A stretch of 26,527 nucleotides of DNA. Source: Octopus sinensis. Taxonomy: Eukaryota. A program made the position numbers and the translations under genes. The notes under the pieces were generated by a model. It saw nothing but the letters and a program-made list of their open reading frames with translations, had not been told where the DNA came from and did no database searches. Below, piece by piece: positions 11,222 to 22,805 of the stretch (positions are counted from its first letter, which is position 1; each line of letters opens with the position of its first letter). The DNA is taken from assembly GCF_006345805.1 (NCBI RefSeq), contig NW_021834027.1:1-26527 (forward strand), in the 5' to 3' direction.

Positions 11222-11537
11222 GTCATTCTGTCGATTACAAGTGTTCCAACTGATTCAATCGACTGCACAGCCTACTCATGAAATTAACGTGCAAGTGGCT
11301 GAGCACGCCGCAGACACACGATGTACCCTTTACGTAGTTCTCAGGGAAATTCGGCATAACGCACTGAATGTAACAAGGCTGGTCCTTTGAACAACAGGCA
11401 CAGCTCATTTTTGCCTGTTGAGTGGACTGGAGCAAAGTGAAATAAAGTGTTTTGCTCAAGGAGACAAAGCACCACTAGGGATCGAACTCACCGCCTTACG
11501 ATCGTGAGTCGCATAACCTAACCATTAAGTCATGCAC
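11222..11537 (-). mobile_element. tRNA-derived SINE, family C (CORE-like), near full length
   Basis: Minus strand: atgacttaatggttagg...ctcacgatcgtaagg...gagttcgatccc...cttgagcaaaacactttatttcactttgctccagtccactcaac, plus a 3' body of about 170 bp. Confidence 0.85.
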
Positions 11538-11726
11538 ATACATCAAGAATAGTGATTCAGAGTCAAACGGAATTTACTGTAAGCTTACACTACCTGGCAC
11601 GTGAGTGGTTAAGGCTAGGATGTAACCTCTTTGCCGTTTTGAAAAATCTAGAAATCATAACGGAGGAGAATATGTATAAACATTGATGAGATAAGTGAAA
11701 TGATATAATAATTGTTTATTCCATTT

Positions 11727-11780
11727 GCTGACAGCTGTTTCGTAGTCTGTGTTAGTTACGTAAGCGACGCTACATCAGGC
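11727..11780 (-). ncRNA. Degenerate hammerhead-like motif
   Basis: Minus strand: gc-CUGAU-GUAgcGUC...GACUAC-GAAAC-AGCU-GUC-agc. Palindromic helix III and GUC site intact; G8-A9 and helix I damaged. Confidence 0.4.
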
Positions 11781-12614
11781 GTCACACATAGACAAATAAA
11801 TATACATGCATACGCACACACAAATATGTATAAACACCCATAAATATTGTTGTGTCGTATCATAACGAACAGACTATACACCAGAACAGTTCATGGCGAG
11901 CTGAAACACCAGACTCTGCTATGAATAGCAAATAGTTTCATTATATGAACACAGACAATAGATGTATTCGGCACATTTTATTCTTTAAAAATTCTAGAAT
12001 TACCATATATGGAGTGTACTATGGGAGCGAGGCTAGATTGATGAAAATGAATTCCGAGAAAGGATACTAAAAGATAGTTATAAAAAGGGGTAAAAGAAGA
12101 AATAAGTTTATCATAAAGATTTGTTTTCAAAAGATTTAGCTGACCACTCCATTGTATGCAAATGAATAAATTATATGATAAAAAATAGGGTAAGGTAAAT
12201 TTCATGAAGAAGCAAACAAACAAAGAAACAAGCAAACAGAATGAAAAGTAGAGAGAGAGAGTACGGAAGAAAAATGAATATGGTTTAGAGGTCACAAAAA
12301 GAAGCCTAGTTTCTTAAAGACAATGTATTTATCTTTAGGTGCACAGCAGAGCGGCCTAAACTATTGGAGTTACACGCATAGCTGATGTAGAAGGACGGAA
12401 GTGCCATTTTAAGATCATTGATATCGGCTCCTATTAATACGTGTATATGCACACACACACACGCACACACACACACGCACACACACACACACACCACACA
12501 CGCATTATTAAAACTTCATAGTCCGATACCATAGGTTTTGTACGAATATATTCGCAGTTTTTCATTTAGGATTTCAATAATGGGTGACGACACTATTAAA
12601 TTGGTGATGGTGTA

Positions 12615-12622
12615 TATGTATA

Positions 12623-12657
<35 letters not shown>

Positions 12658-12710
12658 GTGTATGTATGCATGTATGTATGTATGTATGTATGTATGTATG
12701 TATGTATGTA
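12615..12710. repeat. (TATG)n tetranucleotide repeat
   Basis: Directly visible. Confidence 0.9.
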
Positions 12711-13170
12711 TTGACTGAAAGAGACGAAGAAGAGCAAGCGGGAAGATATGACAAAAGTGTTAGAGAGAAGGCGTAAAGATATGAAGGATAAAAAGTAAAA
12801 GGAACCATGACTAAGGACATTAGTAAAAATAACATGACCAACATCTAAAACAGCGGTACAACAACAACAACAACAACGTCTATAACAGTACCTTCAATAA
12901 TAAAATAACAACAGTGTCCACTGTAGAAGACTGAACACACTGCCACCATTAACACCACCACTACCAACAACAACACCAACCTCTACAACAGTAATTACAA
13001 CCATAATAGCAACAACAACAGAAACCGCCGCCGCCGCCGCCACCCCACCCCCCGCTGCCGCCACCATTACAACAACAGTTGTATTCAGCAACAAAGAATT
13101 GCCATAATTATATAGCTAAACTTTTTCAACACATTTCCAAACCGTCTGGGAGCCATGTTAGCTAAAACAT

Positions 13171-13187
13171 CACTGCCCTCTAGCGGC
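13171..13187 (-). promoter_or_regulatory. CTCF-like binding motif
   Basis: Minus strand gCCGCTAGAGGGCAGTG matches the CCASYAGRKGGCRS consensus at all but one position. Confidence 0.45.
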
Positions 13188-13275
13188 TTTCTTGAATAAA
13201 TCTGAAATGAGAAGACAACTCTTATTTATTTTTTTTCCCTTTTACTTTCCCTAAAGATCCATCATCCACATGCAG

Positions 13276-13276
<1 letters not shown>

Positions 13277-13306
<30 letters not shown>

Positions 13307-13690
13307 CATTTCTAACTTTGTCTCTCTTCTTCTTTCGTTTTACTCTCTCTCGCTTCATCTTTCTCTCTCTGCGACTCTTTTTCTTTTACGCCTCTCTCTC
13401 TTCGTACCCATCTCATCCACCATCTCTCTCACCCACTCAACGTCTCTCTCCCTAAGTCTCCCCTTCTCTTGCCCCAATCCTATTCGCAATGTCCCCTTTC
13501 TCTCTCTACATCTGCACTTATTCTTGAATCGTTGTCATACGCCATCTCTCTCTCTCTCTGTCTCTCTGTCTCTCTCACTACCTTTCACCTTCTCTTTGTA
13601 TCTCCCTCTCATCCGTCTTTCCTGTCTGTTTTTTCTTTCTCTCTGCCTCTGACACCCTTTTCCCTCCCCATCTCTCTGGTCTTTTCTGAG
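13277..13690. repeat. About 400 bp polypyrimidine (CT-rich) tract
   Basis: Degenerate (CT)n with strong pyrimidine bias on the + strand. Confidence 0.85.
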
Positions 13691-13984
13691 CGACCAATCT
13701 CACGTTTTTAAGTGAAACTGCATCAATTTAACAATAGCAACAACAACAACGACAACAACATTATACAAACGTCCACGAGCGTTTCTTTCCTCTTGTTTCT
13801 TCGAAATTTCCTTCTCAATTTCATTCTTTATTTACGTTTAACATTTTGTGCTTTATTTTATTTTATTTTATTTTATTTATTTTACTTTTCGGTGAAGTTC
13901 GATCCGTTATATTTGCCTCGAGATAGAATTTATTGATCGACATTTTTCGCTTACTTTCGTTCTCTTCCGTACATCCTCTCTCAA

Positions 13985-14237
13985 TGTATGCATGTATGTA
14001 TGTATGTATGTATGTAAGTATGTATGTATGTATGTATGTATGTATGTATGTATGTATGTATGTATGTATGTATGTATGTATGTATGCATGTATGGGTGGA
14101 TTAATATACGTGCGCAAGTACCGATGTCTATATATGTATGATGTGTCTATGTATGCATGTATATGTTTGTATGAATGTATGTATTCACCTGTCAATCTCT
14201 CTCCCCCCACCTCTCTGTATATATGTATATAATATAT

Positions 14238-14280
<43 letters not shown>
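13985..14280. repeat. (TATG)n then (TA)n
   Basis: Directly visible. Confidence 0.9.
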
Positions 14281-14284
<4 letters not shown>

Positions 14285-14466
14285 GGAACAAAAACGCAAT
14301 AGAGGGTATTGAAACATTCGGACAGATAGACGGACAAGAGAAACAACAATTAGAAGTACAGGCAAAGAAAGACGGGTCATTCTTGACTGTCTTTCATCAG
14401 TCAAGTACCAGAAGTCACGACCATTTTGGACAGTTACACTTGAGATGGTTCGCTCTGGCTGCCCCC

Positions 14467-14548
<82 letters not shown>

Positions 14549-14620
14549 TTATCTGCCTGTCTGTCTGTCTATTTGTCTGCCTGTTTATCTATCTGCCTGT
14601 CTGTCTGTCCGTCCGATTAT
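14467..14620. repeat. (TATC)n grading into (TGTC)n
   Basis: Directly visible. Confidence 0.9.
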
Positions 14621-14679
14621 CTATGTATGTATACACACATATATAAATATGTGTGGGTGGGTGTGTATGTATGTATGAT

Positions 14680-15120
14680 AGCGTATGTTTATATTTCTTT
14701 AAGAAATGTTTTTTATTTCTTTGAGAAATATTGTTTAATTCTGTTTGATTATTTATTAAAAATATGTATTTAACTATTATTGTTATTATTGTTGACCTGA
14801 GGAGTGACTATACTTTTAAATTGAATTGTTTTTGGATCGATTAAATATAAATTTAATTTTAATTGTAATTCAAATTGAAGATATAGCCACCAAACGTACG
14901 TTGTCTATTTATCAATTATATACCGTTTATTATTATGTTCTTTATTGCGATGTAGGTAAATGTTTTATTATATATTTTAATTTTTCTATATGGTATGAGT
15001 TACGTCTACCATTGAATTACATAATAGTGGTTTTTCTTTATTTTATATATATATATATTGTGAAATTTGATTTAATCCTAAATTGAATTTTTCCCTATAA
15101 GTTTGGAGTTATATTCCCTA
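14680..15120 (+). mobile_element. AT-rich non-coding element in a TA microsatellite, probably Penelope-derived
   Basis: Contains the hammerhead-like fold at 14794-14905 and ends ttccctaa followed by (TA)n. The left boundary is approximate. Confidence 0.45.
14794..14905 (+). ncRNA. Hammerhead-like motif with an 87 nt helix II domain, G12 mutated
   Basis: GAC-CUGAGGA-GUGACUAUA...UAUAGCCAC-cAAAC-GUAC-GUU-GUC. Helix II pairs 8 of 9, with further cuuuuaaauugaauug/uaauucaaauugaag pairing; AACGUACGUU is a perfect palindrome. Confidence 0.55.
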
Positions 15121-16202
15121 ATATATATATATACATATATATATGAATGTGTGTGCGTATATATATATATATATAATATATATATATATATACACGCACA
15201 CATATGTATATATGTCTATATCTATATATCTATCTATTTATCTATATATGTATGTTTGTGTTTATGTATGAATGTATCGGTATTTATTTTGGATGTGTAT
15301 CCTAGTCAATTGCTTGCCGCCTTACCTTGAGAAATATCGTTAGTTATTGCTGGGCTCGAACCTGTTAGCTACTAGCAACACTCTACTTCACAAATGAACC
15401 ACATAACAGGCGACGCTGTTGTTCGCAAATGAAAATAAGATTTTATTTACTTTGATCAGTGAAATTATTCTCATTTCTGTTATTGACTTAGTCTTTGTAG
15501 AAACGTATTAAATTGTTTTTTTAATACTCCACTCTCTCCCGTTCTCTCTTTCTCTGTGTTTGTAGTCATATATTTATATGAATACTATATGTTGTTTTTA
15601 GGTCAGCCATATTTGTAGTGATTATGTGAGGGTCTGAACCAAAACGATAAACTTTTATAACTTTAAACGTATGTGTCTCATGACAGTGTAACATTGTACC
15701 AAGCGAAACTAATTATTCTGTAATTAGTAAATATGTTACTTGGTTCGTTAATGAGGCCAGGCTAGAAATAAATAATTAGCGTAAAACTAAAATAAATAAA
15801 CGATATTCTTCCTGATATTTTCACAAACCGATTCAAGGTTTCCATGTAGAATAAACCGTATTTTTTGCTTTAAAATGTAGTGAATGAGTAAAGAGTGGGT
15901 AAGACGTCTGTAATATTAGTTTTAAATACAGACACAAGAAAAAAATATCATTAACAGGTTTATTTTCGAGTGGAATCGATTTGCCTTTGACAACCTTATT
16001 TTTTCTATGACCTCCGAGACTGGGTCGGTAGGGGAAAAACAGAAAGGAACCACAATTTTTAAATTAAGCTCACCGCTCGATTGAAAACCGTACCCGAAAG
16101 CTTGAAACAGAGTGGACTCTGATAAAATGAATTTGAAACCGGTTAGTGAGGTTAAATCTGGCAATAGATGAAGTCTACCAACCCAGTGGACTCTGGTGAG
16201 AG

Positions 16203-16555
16203 TATTTACATAAGTCCTTCGCTCATTCTATGAAGCAAAGGCCATTGACGACATTTTGATGTTGGGTTCTTGCTTTCATGCAACCGTCTTTTTTTCAGAT
16301 TTTGCCACACCGCCTCATATATTTCCATGAAGGAAAGATTTAATGTCTCAAGTCTTGTTGCTTATGATTGCCAGCGATGTTTATGTAACTGGTTTTTTTT
16401 CTAGGTAGGTTGTTGGCCCTACGCAAACCCATTTACTTCTGGGAAGGGTCAGTCCATATAGAACTGGCCCCTATCCTTTGACGAGTCCAGTACGGCAGCA
16501 TGTGCTCTGCAGGCAAAGATGTCAGGGTCTTTGCGGCACACAAACTACCATAGTG
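16203..16555 (-). mobile_element. Old internally deleted RTE-clade LINE derivative
   Basis: ggttgttggccctacgc and ctggcccctatcctttgac resemble the reverse complement of recalled RTE 5' UTR motifs; minus-strand gtcaatggcctttgcttc...aggacttatgtaaat resembles RTE 3' ends. Heavily diverged. Confidence 0.45.
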
Positions 16556-16852
16556 TATGACGGAAAACACTTTGTGGTAGCCTGACTAGTATTTCTAACA
16601 ATGTGAGATATGAGGCTTGAAAAGGAAGTTGGATTGGTGAATTGCCATATTTTATAAAGATGTCTTCCAAATCAATGTTTTCAAAATTGTGCAACATCTT
16701 GGCGATCAAAGAAAAAATATTTGAATGTAAACGATGTTTTGTCTTCTCATTAAGAGAGATATAGATATATACATATATAAATAGATAGATAGAGTGAGAG
16801 ATAAAGAAAGGGAGAGAGAGAGAAAAAGAAAGATATTATTATTATTATGTAA

Positions 16853-17072
16853 GGTGGTGAGCTGGCAAAATCGTTAGCGCGCCGGGAAAATGCTTTGCGG
16901 CATTTTGTCCGCCTTGACGTTCTGAGTTCAAATTCTGCCAAGGTCGACTTTACTTTTGTTCTTTTCGGGGTCGATAAAATAAGTACCAGTGTAACACAGG
17001 AGCCGACATAATCGACTAGTCCCCTCCCACAAAATTTCAGGCCCCGTACCTTTTGTAGAAATTATTATTATT
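16853..17072 (+). mobile_element. tRNA-derived SINE, family A (tail type 2)
   Basis: ggtggtgagctggcaaaatcgttagc...gagttcaaattctgcc...ggggtcgataaaataagtaccag...aaaatttcaggcc...gaaattattatta. Confidence 0.9.
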
Positions 17073-17592
17073 GAGTGAGAGAACAGTTCATGCCATCAGA
17101 GTGACATTGAGGTAAATATATTCGAAAACCAGTATACCCATCACGACCACCCGTTTGATAAGGGTACACCAGTCACAACCATATGTACGCGGCATAGTGA
17201 TATCATATCACGATAAACAGCGCACGACCTTGAAGGTGGGGCCCAGTTAAAATATTTCTTCAGGTCGAGTAGCCCACTCCACTCAAAAGGCCCCCGAATA
17301 AGGTTCGTTTAAGGATGATGAACAAAACACCCATGCTTCCAAAGGTGAATTATTCAAACCCCAAAGAATCCCTCTCAACACATGGCTATGATGCTCCCCC
17401 ACTACTTCTGCTCGTGATCAGAGATGCACATTTTGTCAGTCACCAAGGAACATGCTCAACTGATTAACGTCAAACAACTGACAAGCAAATCTGTAGTATT
17501 GAGCAGAATATTTGCTGTAGCCCATCTTATAAAACAATGATGATAACATTTCTAAGTTAAAATTAGAAGCCACGAGAGCCACTGCATAGGGC

Positions 17593-17595
<3 letters not shown>
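17073..17595. mobile_element. About 520 bp non-coding insert bounded on both sides by (TTA)n
   Basis: Sharp boundaries with TTA repeats on each side and no ORF; resembles a dispersed octopus repeat as recalled. Class uncertain, possibly Dong/R4-dependent. Confidence 0.55.
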
Positions 17596-17640
<45 letters not shown>

Positions 17641-17652
17641 CTATTATTATTA

Positions 17653-17698
<46 letters not shown>
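17596..17698. repeat. (TTA)n microsatellite
   Basis: Directly visible. Confidence 0.95.
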
Positions 17699-17801
17699 GT
17701 CTGTACACAGCTTCAGACGCTGGAGGTAAACTACTGTTCTCAGCTGTTCACTACCAGTGAACTAAGGTAACACCTCTAATTTTTCGAGTAACTTCTGGAG
17801 T
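17699..17801 (-). mobile_element. 3'-terminal fragment of a Dong/R4-like LINE with (TAA)n tail
   Basis: Minus strand ctccagaagttactcgaaaaa (LQKLLEK, compare the ILRKVL ORF end of R4/Dong elements), about 80 nt UTR, then (TAA)n. Confidence 0.45.
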
Positions 17802-17804
17802 CAT

Positions 17805-17870
17805 AAACTAAATCCCTTTCCCTATAATTTAAGGCCTTGTGCCTATAATAGAAAGTATTATTATTGTTAT
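17805..17870 (+). mobile_element. Family A SINE tail-2 fragment
   Basis: actaaatccctttccctataatttaaggccttgtgcctataatagaaagtattatt aligns with the tails at 5100-5150 and 17015-17072. Confidence 0.7.
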
Positions 17871-18794
17871 TTCTTTTTTTGGTAGGGCTTATATTTGAGA
17901 ACTATTGGCCTAGAGTCGATTAAGGGTGTTAACCTTGGCCGACCAGTTTTAGACTTCTCAGCAAAACGTTCCCCAAACTAAAAGTGGTGGCAACGGATAA
18001 GTTTACCACTCTTATATACTCTGACAAAGGCACCCAAGAATTAGGAAGTCTTTATTAAATCTGGTCTCAGTTAAGTGTACTGCTTTAGTGTACCCTGATA
18101 ATGTACCCAAAGACCAGATGGTGGTGTTACACCGGGCGACGTTGTATGTCTTGCACTGTATATTATTATGTCTGTATATATCTTTGTATATCTCACTCAT
18201 CTCAGTATTTACACCCCCCACACACAGACGTGCACGCACACAAACACGTACACTCACATACAGACAAATACACTACGCACGCACACAGACATACATGCAC
18301 GTTCACAAACACGCACGCGCACATACACACAAATACACGCACGTAACACACAAACATACACACACATACATATATCTACCCGTTTTTCTGTCTATCTGTT
18401 TCCTCTATCTCTTCTCCCCGGCTTCTCCCCCACCCCTTTAATTTCCCAGTGGTCACCAATCTGATCAAAGCTTTGTCTTCTCATTCGATGTCCAAGGAAC
18501 TCAAACCGTTCCACTTCCTAAAGAAGGTATCTGTTGATCTCTGATCCTTTAGATTCCTTCGTCTAATCCATTGGTTTTCAACCACATTTCCCCTATGGAG
18601 CCCTTTCTTTCCTGTTTTACTCAACTGGACCCTCATAATCATTCCATGTGTAAAAAATCCTATTATTTTTTTTGTTATATAATTAATTATTACAAGAAAT
18701 TTTACCAAAAGAAATTGTGAAAATACTTATAGGGACCCTTTTAAGTCACGTGGACCTGGGTTGAGAATCACTGGTCTTATCTATAATATATAAA

Positions 18795-18819
18795 TACACA
18801 GACACACAGACACACACAA

Positions 18820-18858
<39 letters not shown>

Positions 18859-18884
18859 ACACACACACAACACACACACACACA

Positions 18885-18922
<38 letters not shown>

Positions 18923-18930
18923 ACACACAT
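18795..18930. repeat. (CA)n microsatellite
   Basis: Directly visible. Confidence 0.9.
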
Positions 18931-18965
18931 GCACCTACTGAGACAGCCAAACAATACATTTATCA

Positions 18966-19197
18966 GGCGGCGAGCTGGCAGGATCGTTAGCACGCCGGGC
19001 GAAATGCTCAGCGGTATTTCGTCTGCCGCTACGTTCTGAGTTCAAATTCCGCCGAGGTCGACTTTGCCTTTCATCCTTCCGAGGTCGATAAATTAAGTAC
19101 CAGTTACGCACTGGGGTCGATGTAATCGAGATAATCCCTTTGTCTGTCCTTGTCTGCCCCCTCTATGTTTAGCCCCTTTTGAGCAATAAAGAAATAA
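18966..19197 (+). mobile_element. tRNA-derived SINE, family A (tail type 1), young copy with 16 bp TSD
   Basis: Intact head, B-box, core and tail; caaacaatacatttat at 18948-18963 and 19198-19213. Confidence 0.95.
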
Positions 19198-19609
19198 CAA
19201 ACAATACATTTATGGCCTATTGTTACATGAGTACAACAGAAAGTAGGAAAAAAATTAGATTATTTATGAATTAACTTTCAAGATTTTCATGTAAATTACG
19301 TTCGGTTATTTCTAACAAGGATTTAAGAGAGAAACAGAAACTAGTTCACAGATGGCGCCACGGTGACGATTATTTTCTTATTAAAACAAACATGATACCC
19401 GTTATAGTGTTATTGGTATCCTGGTAAACCGGTAAGCAGGATATTCTGGGTTCAAATCTGAAGAAAAGGTATTGTTGCTATTTTCGACTGTATATTGATA
19501 GTTATATTGCTTACAATGGTGAACTATCTATCTATCTATCTATCTATCTTGCTAAGTCTACGCTTATTTATCTCTAAGAGTCTCTACATCTATGCATCAA
19601 TGTGTTCGT

Positions 19610-19930
<321 letters not shown>

Positions 19931-20568
19931 ACTCGTCCCTCACACACCCCGTCCCTTATTCAACCCTCAGCCTTCAGCCTCAGCCTTAATTACGACACAC
20001 AACGATCCTGCCCTAGACATTGCCAAATGTCATGAGAATTTCACATTTTATATTCCATGTCTCGTCCCCTGTTAAACCACGATGTAGACGCGACCCACTT
20101 CAAGACTGAACCTCTTCTTCTACCTTACTACTTATATGACCTGCTTTACTTCGCTTGCTCTTTGCTGTCACAATATCGTTTCGTTGCTCATTAATTCGCA
20201 GCCATCTTGTTTTGTGTTTTTTATCAAATGTTTTCATCGGTTGCTTTTTTCAGGGTCTCTGCTCTTATTTAGTTCTTTTTCTTCCTTTTTTTTTCGTGTA
20301 TTTCTTTGTGTTATCTGATCTCTGTTTTTAATGTTAGTCAATGTTGTTTTGTTAGAACTATTTTTCCAAAGATTCATCTATTGAAACAACTACGTCAGTT
20401 TTTCTTTTTGTTTGCTTTTTTTAACCGTTTTTCTTTATCAATCTTCTTTACTTCTTCCTTTTCCTTTTCTTCCATTTTGTTATTTAAAAAATTTTGTTGG
20501 TTTTTTCCCCATTGTTTTCCATGGCACTCTTTAAATCTTACCCACACATCGATTGTGCATCCATCCAA

Positions 20569-20932
20569 ATACATACATCCATCCATCCATACATACATAC
20601 AATACATACATACATACATACATACATACATACAATACATTCATACATACTACATACATACATTCATACATACATACATATACATTCATACATACATTAC
20701 ATACATACATACATACATACATACATGCATACATACATACATACATACTTCATACATACATACATACATACATTCATACATACATACATACATACATTCA
20801 TACATACATACATTCATACATACATACATACATTTATACATACATACATACATACATGCATACATACATACATTCATACATACATACATACATACATTCA
20901 TACATACATACATACATACATACATACATACA

Positions 20933-20968
<36 letters not shown>

Positions 20969-20972
20969 TATA
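20569..20972. repeat. About 400 bp (TACA)n array with periodic TTCA/TGCA variants
   Basis: Directly visible; source of the IHTY/MYVC ORFs. Confidence 0.95.
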
Positions 20973-21440
20973 AAGTCAAAATGAGGGTGAAAAATTGGAT
21001 ATTAATTTAATAACATCAATTCAACACCAGTGGTGTAGCGCATAAAAAACTGAGATTCAGTAAATATTATTTATACATAAATAGGAGAGGAATCCACTAT
21101 GTGGAAGCCCTTACGCTAAAAAGAGATCCGCATAAATTTCAACCACTAAGAATTGTTCTCCAGAAAATTTAGCACACCATGAACGTTAGCGAGCAAGACA
21201 AATGAAAAATAACAAAAATATAGATTAACCCTATACAATTTTTTCACTGTTAATAAATTATGCAATTTTACTTACACAATTCATCTGCAGCTCATCAGTG
21301 AGGTCATCATATAAAGATATAATTTGTCGAACTCCATGCCAGATATCAACACGAGGTCGAAAATGCATGTAGTTCCACCTATTACATCCACGGTTATCTT
21401 CAAAAGTCCTCGTTCAGGCGCGCCAAATTACCGGAAATAA

Positions 21441-21442
<2 letters not shown>
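20973..21442 (-). mobile_element. Non-coding element between (TA)n and (CA)n, probably Penelope-derived
   Basis: Microsatellite-bounded; minus strand has CUGAUGA (21292-21298) and a second UUGAAGA motif enclosed by ACGAGG/CCUCGU (21351-21413). Confidence 0.4.
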
Positions 21443-21505
<63 letters not shown>

Positions 21506-21513
21506 ACACACAT

Positions 21514-21545
<32 letters not shown>

Positions 21546-21548
<3 letters not shown>

Positions 21549-21906
21549 AAATATATGTATACAATATTAGATACGTACATCTATACACAAGGGCACTTCT
21601 TGAGCACCTACATCGCTAAAAAATAGAAGTCAAAAATACTTCTGTACCACCAAACAGTCACAAATCTATTACAGACATGATAGGAAGAAATATCGGTGAA
21701 CAATAATAACGTCTTGCCTCTGCTTGTTCTGACTCAGGAGAGGTAAGACGTTATTATTGTTCACTGATATTTCTTCCTATCATGTCTGTAATAGATTTGT
21801 GACTGTTTGGTGGTACAGAAGTATTTTTGACTTCTATTTTTTAGCGATATGTAGTGTTCTTGTGTATATATATGCACATATCTAATATTGTATGTATATA
21901 TTTTAT
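21546..21906. repeat. Long inverted repeat (hairpin)
   Basis: Inner arms 21612-21721 and 21739-21848 (110 bp, 2 mismatches, 17 nt loop); outer arms 21546-21597 and 21853-21906 (about 7 mismatches plus a gap). Confidence 0.95.
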
Positions 21907-21967
21907 TAATTTGCCTGTACGGCTGATAATTTGTTTGCCACTCGTGATGGTATTTTAATAATACCAT

Positions 21968-22005
<38 letters not shown>

Positions 22006-22022
22006 CACTCCTGTCACAACCT

Positions 22023-22066
22023 GGGATCTTGAAGACTGCTTTAATGCAATGAAGTATACTAGTCCC
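22023..22066 (+). ncRNA. Degenerate minimal hammerhead-like motif
   Basis: GGGAuC-UUGAAG-ACUGC uuuaau GCAAU-GAAGUAUACUA-GUCCC: 5 bp helix I with a bulge, short helix II, palindrome AGUAUACU. Confidence 0.45.
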
Positions 22067-22412
22067 TTAATACATGATATTCAATATTTCATCTATTCAA
22101 TAAGACAATCAATACCTCATTCATTTCATTTTGCACTATATATATATTATTTATACTATATATTCCATATTCTACATTAATATTATAAAGAATATAAATA
22201 AAACATAAAAAACAGAGTTGGAATTTCTTTGAATAATATATATCCCTCTATACACAATCATACAAACCCCTTTATATATATACATATATATATATATATA
22301 CATATATATGTATAAGCTTAAATATGCATATATACACACTTATACATGTACATACACACAGACACACACACACGGTGATGCAGACTGGAAAAATATTAAT
22401 CAAAATATGAGT

Positions 22413-22805
22413 ATATTCTGTTATTGTTTTACTTGTTTCAGTCATTTGGCTGCGGCCATGCTGGAGCTCCCGCTTTGGTCGAACGAATCAACCTCAGGAC
22501 TTATTCTTTGTAAGCCTAGTACTTATTTTATCGGTGTCTTTTACCAAACCGCTAAGTTACGGGGACGTAGAAACACCAGTATCGGTTGTCAAACGATGGT
22601 GGGGGGACAAGCACATACGCGCGCACACACATGCACACACATATATACGATGGGATTCTTTCAGTTTCCTTCTACTAAATCTACTAACAAGGCTTTGGTA
22701 GGTCCGAAAGCTATAGCAGAAGATACTTGCCGAAGGTACCACGCACTGAACCTGGAACCATGTGGCTGGTAAGGAAGCTACTTACCACACAGCCTCTCCT
22801 GCACC
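22413..22805 (-). mobile_element. tRNA-derived SINE, family B, full length
   Basis: Colinear with 2616-2992 from tgtttcagtcatttggctgcggccatgctggagc to cttaccacacagcctctcctgcacc. Confidence 0.92.

Noticed and set aside
15327-15362. 36 bp minus-strand microexon with an AAG|GTAAGG donor
   Set aside because: Acceptor has no polypyrimidine tract, and ggttcgagccc looks like a decayed SINE B-box.
20306-21010. 234 aa and overlapping IHTY/MYVC ORFs
   Set aside because: Products of the (TACA)n repeat.
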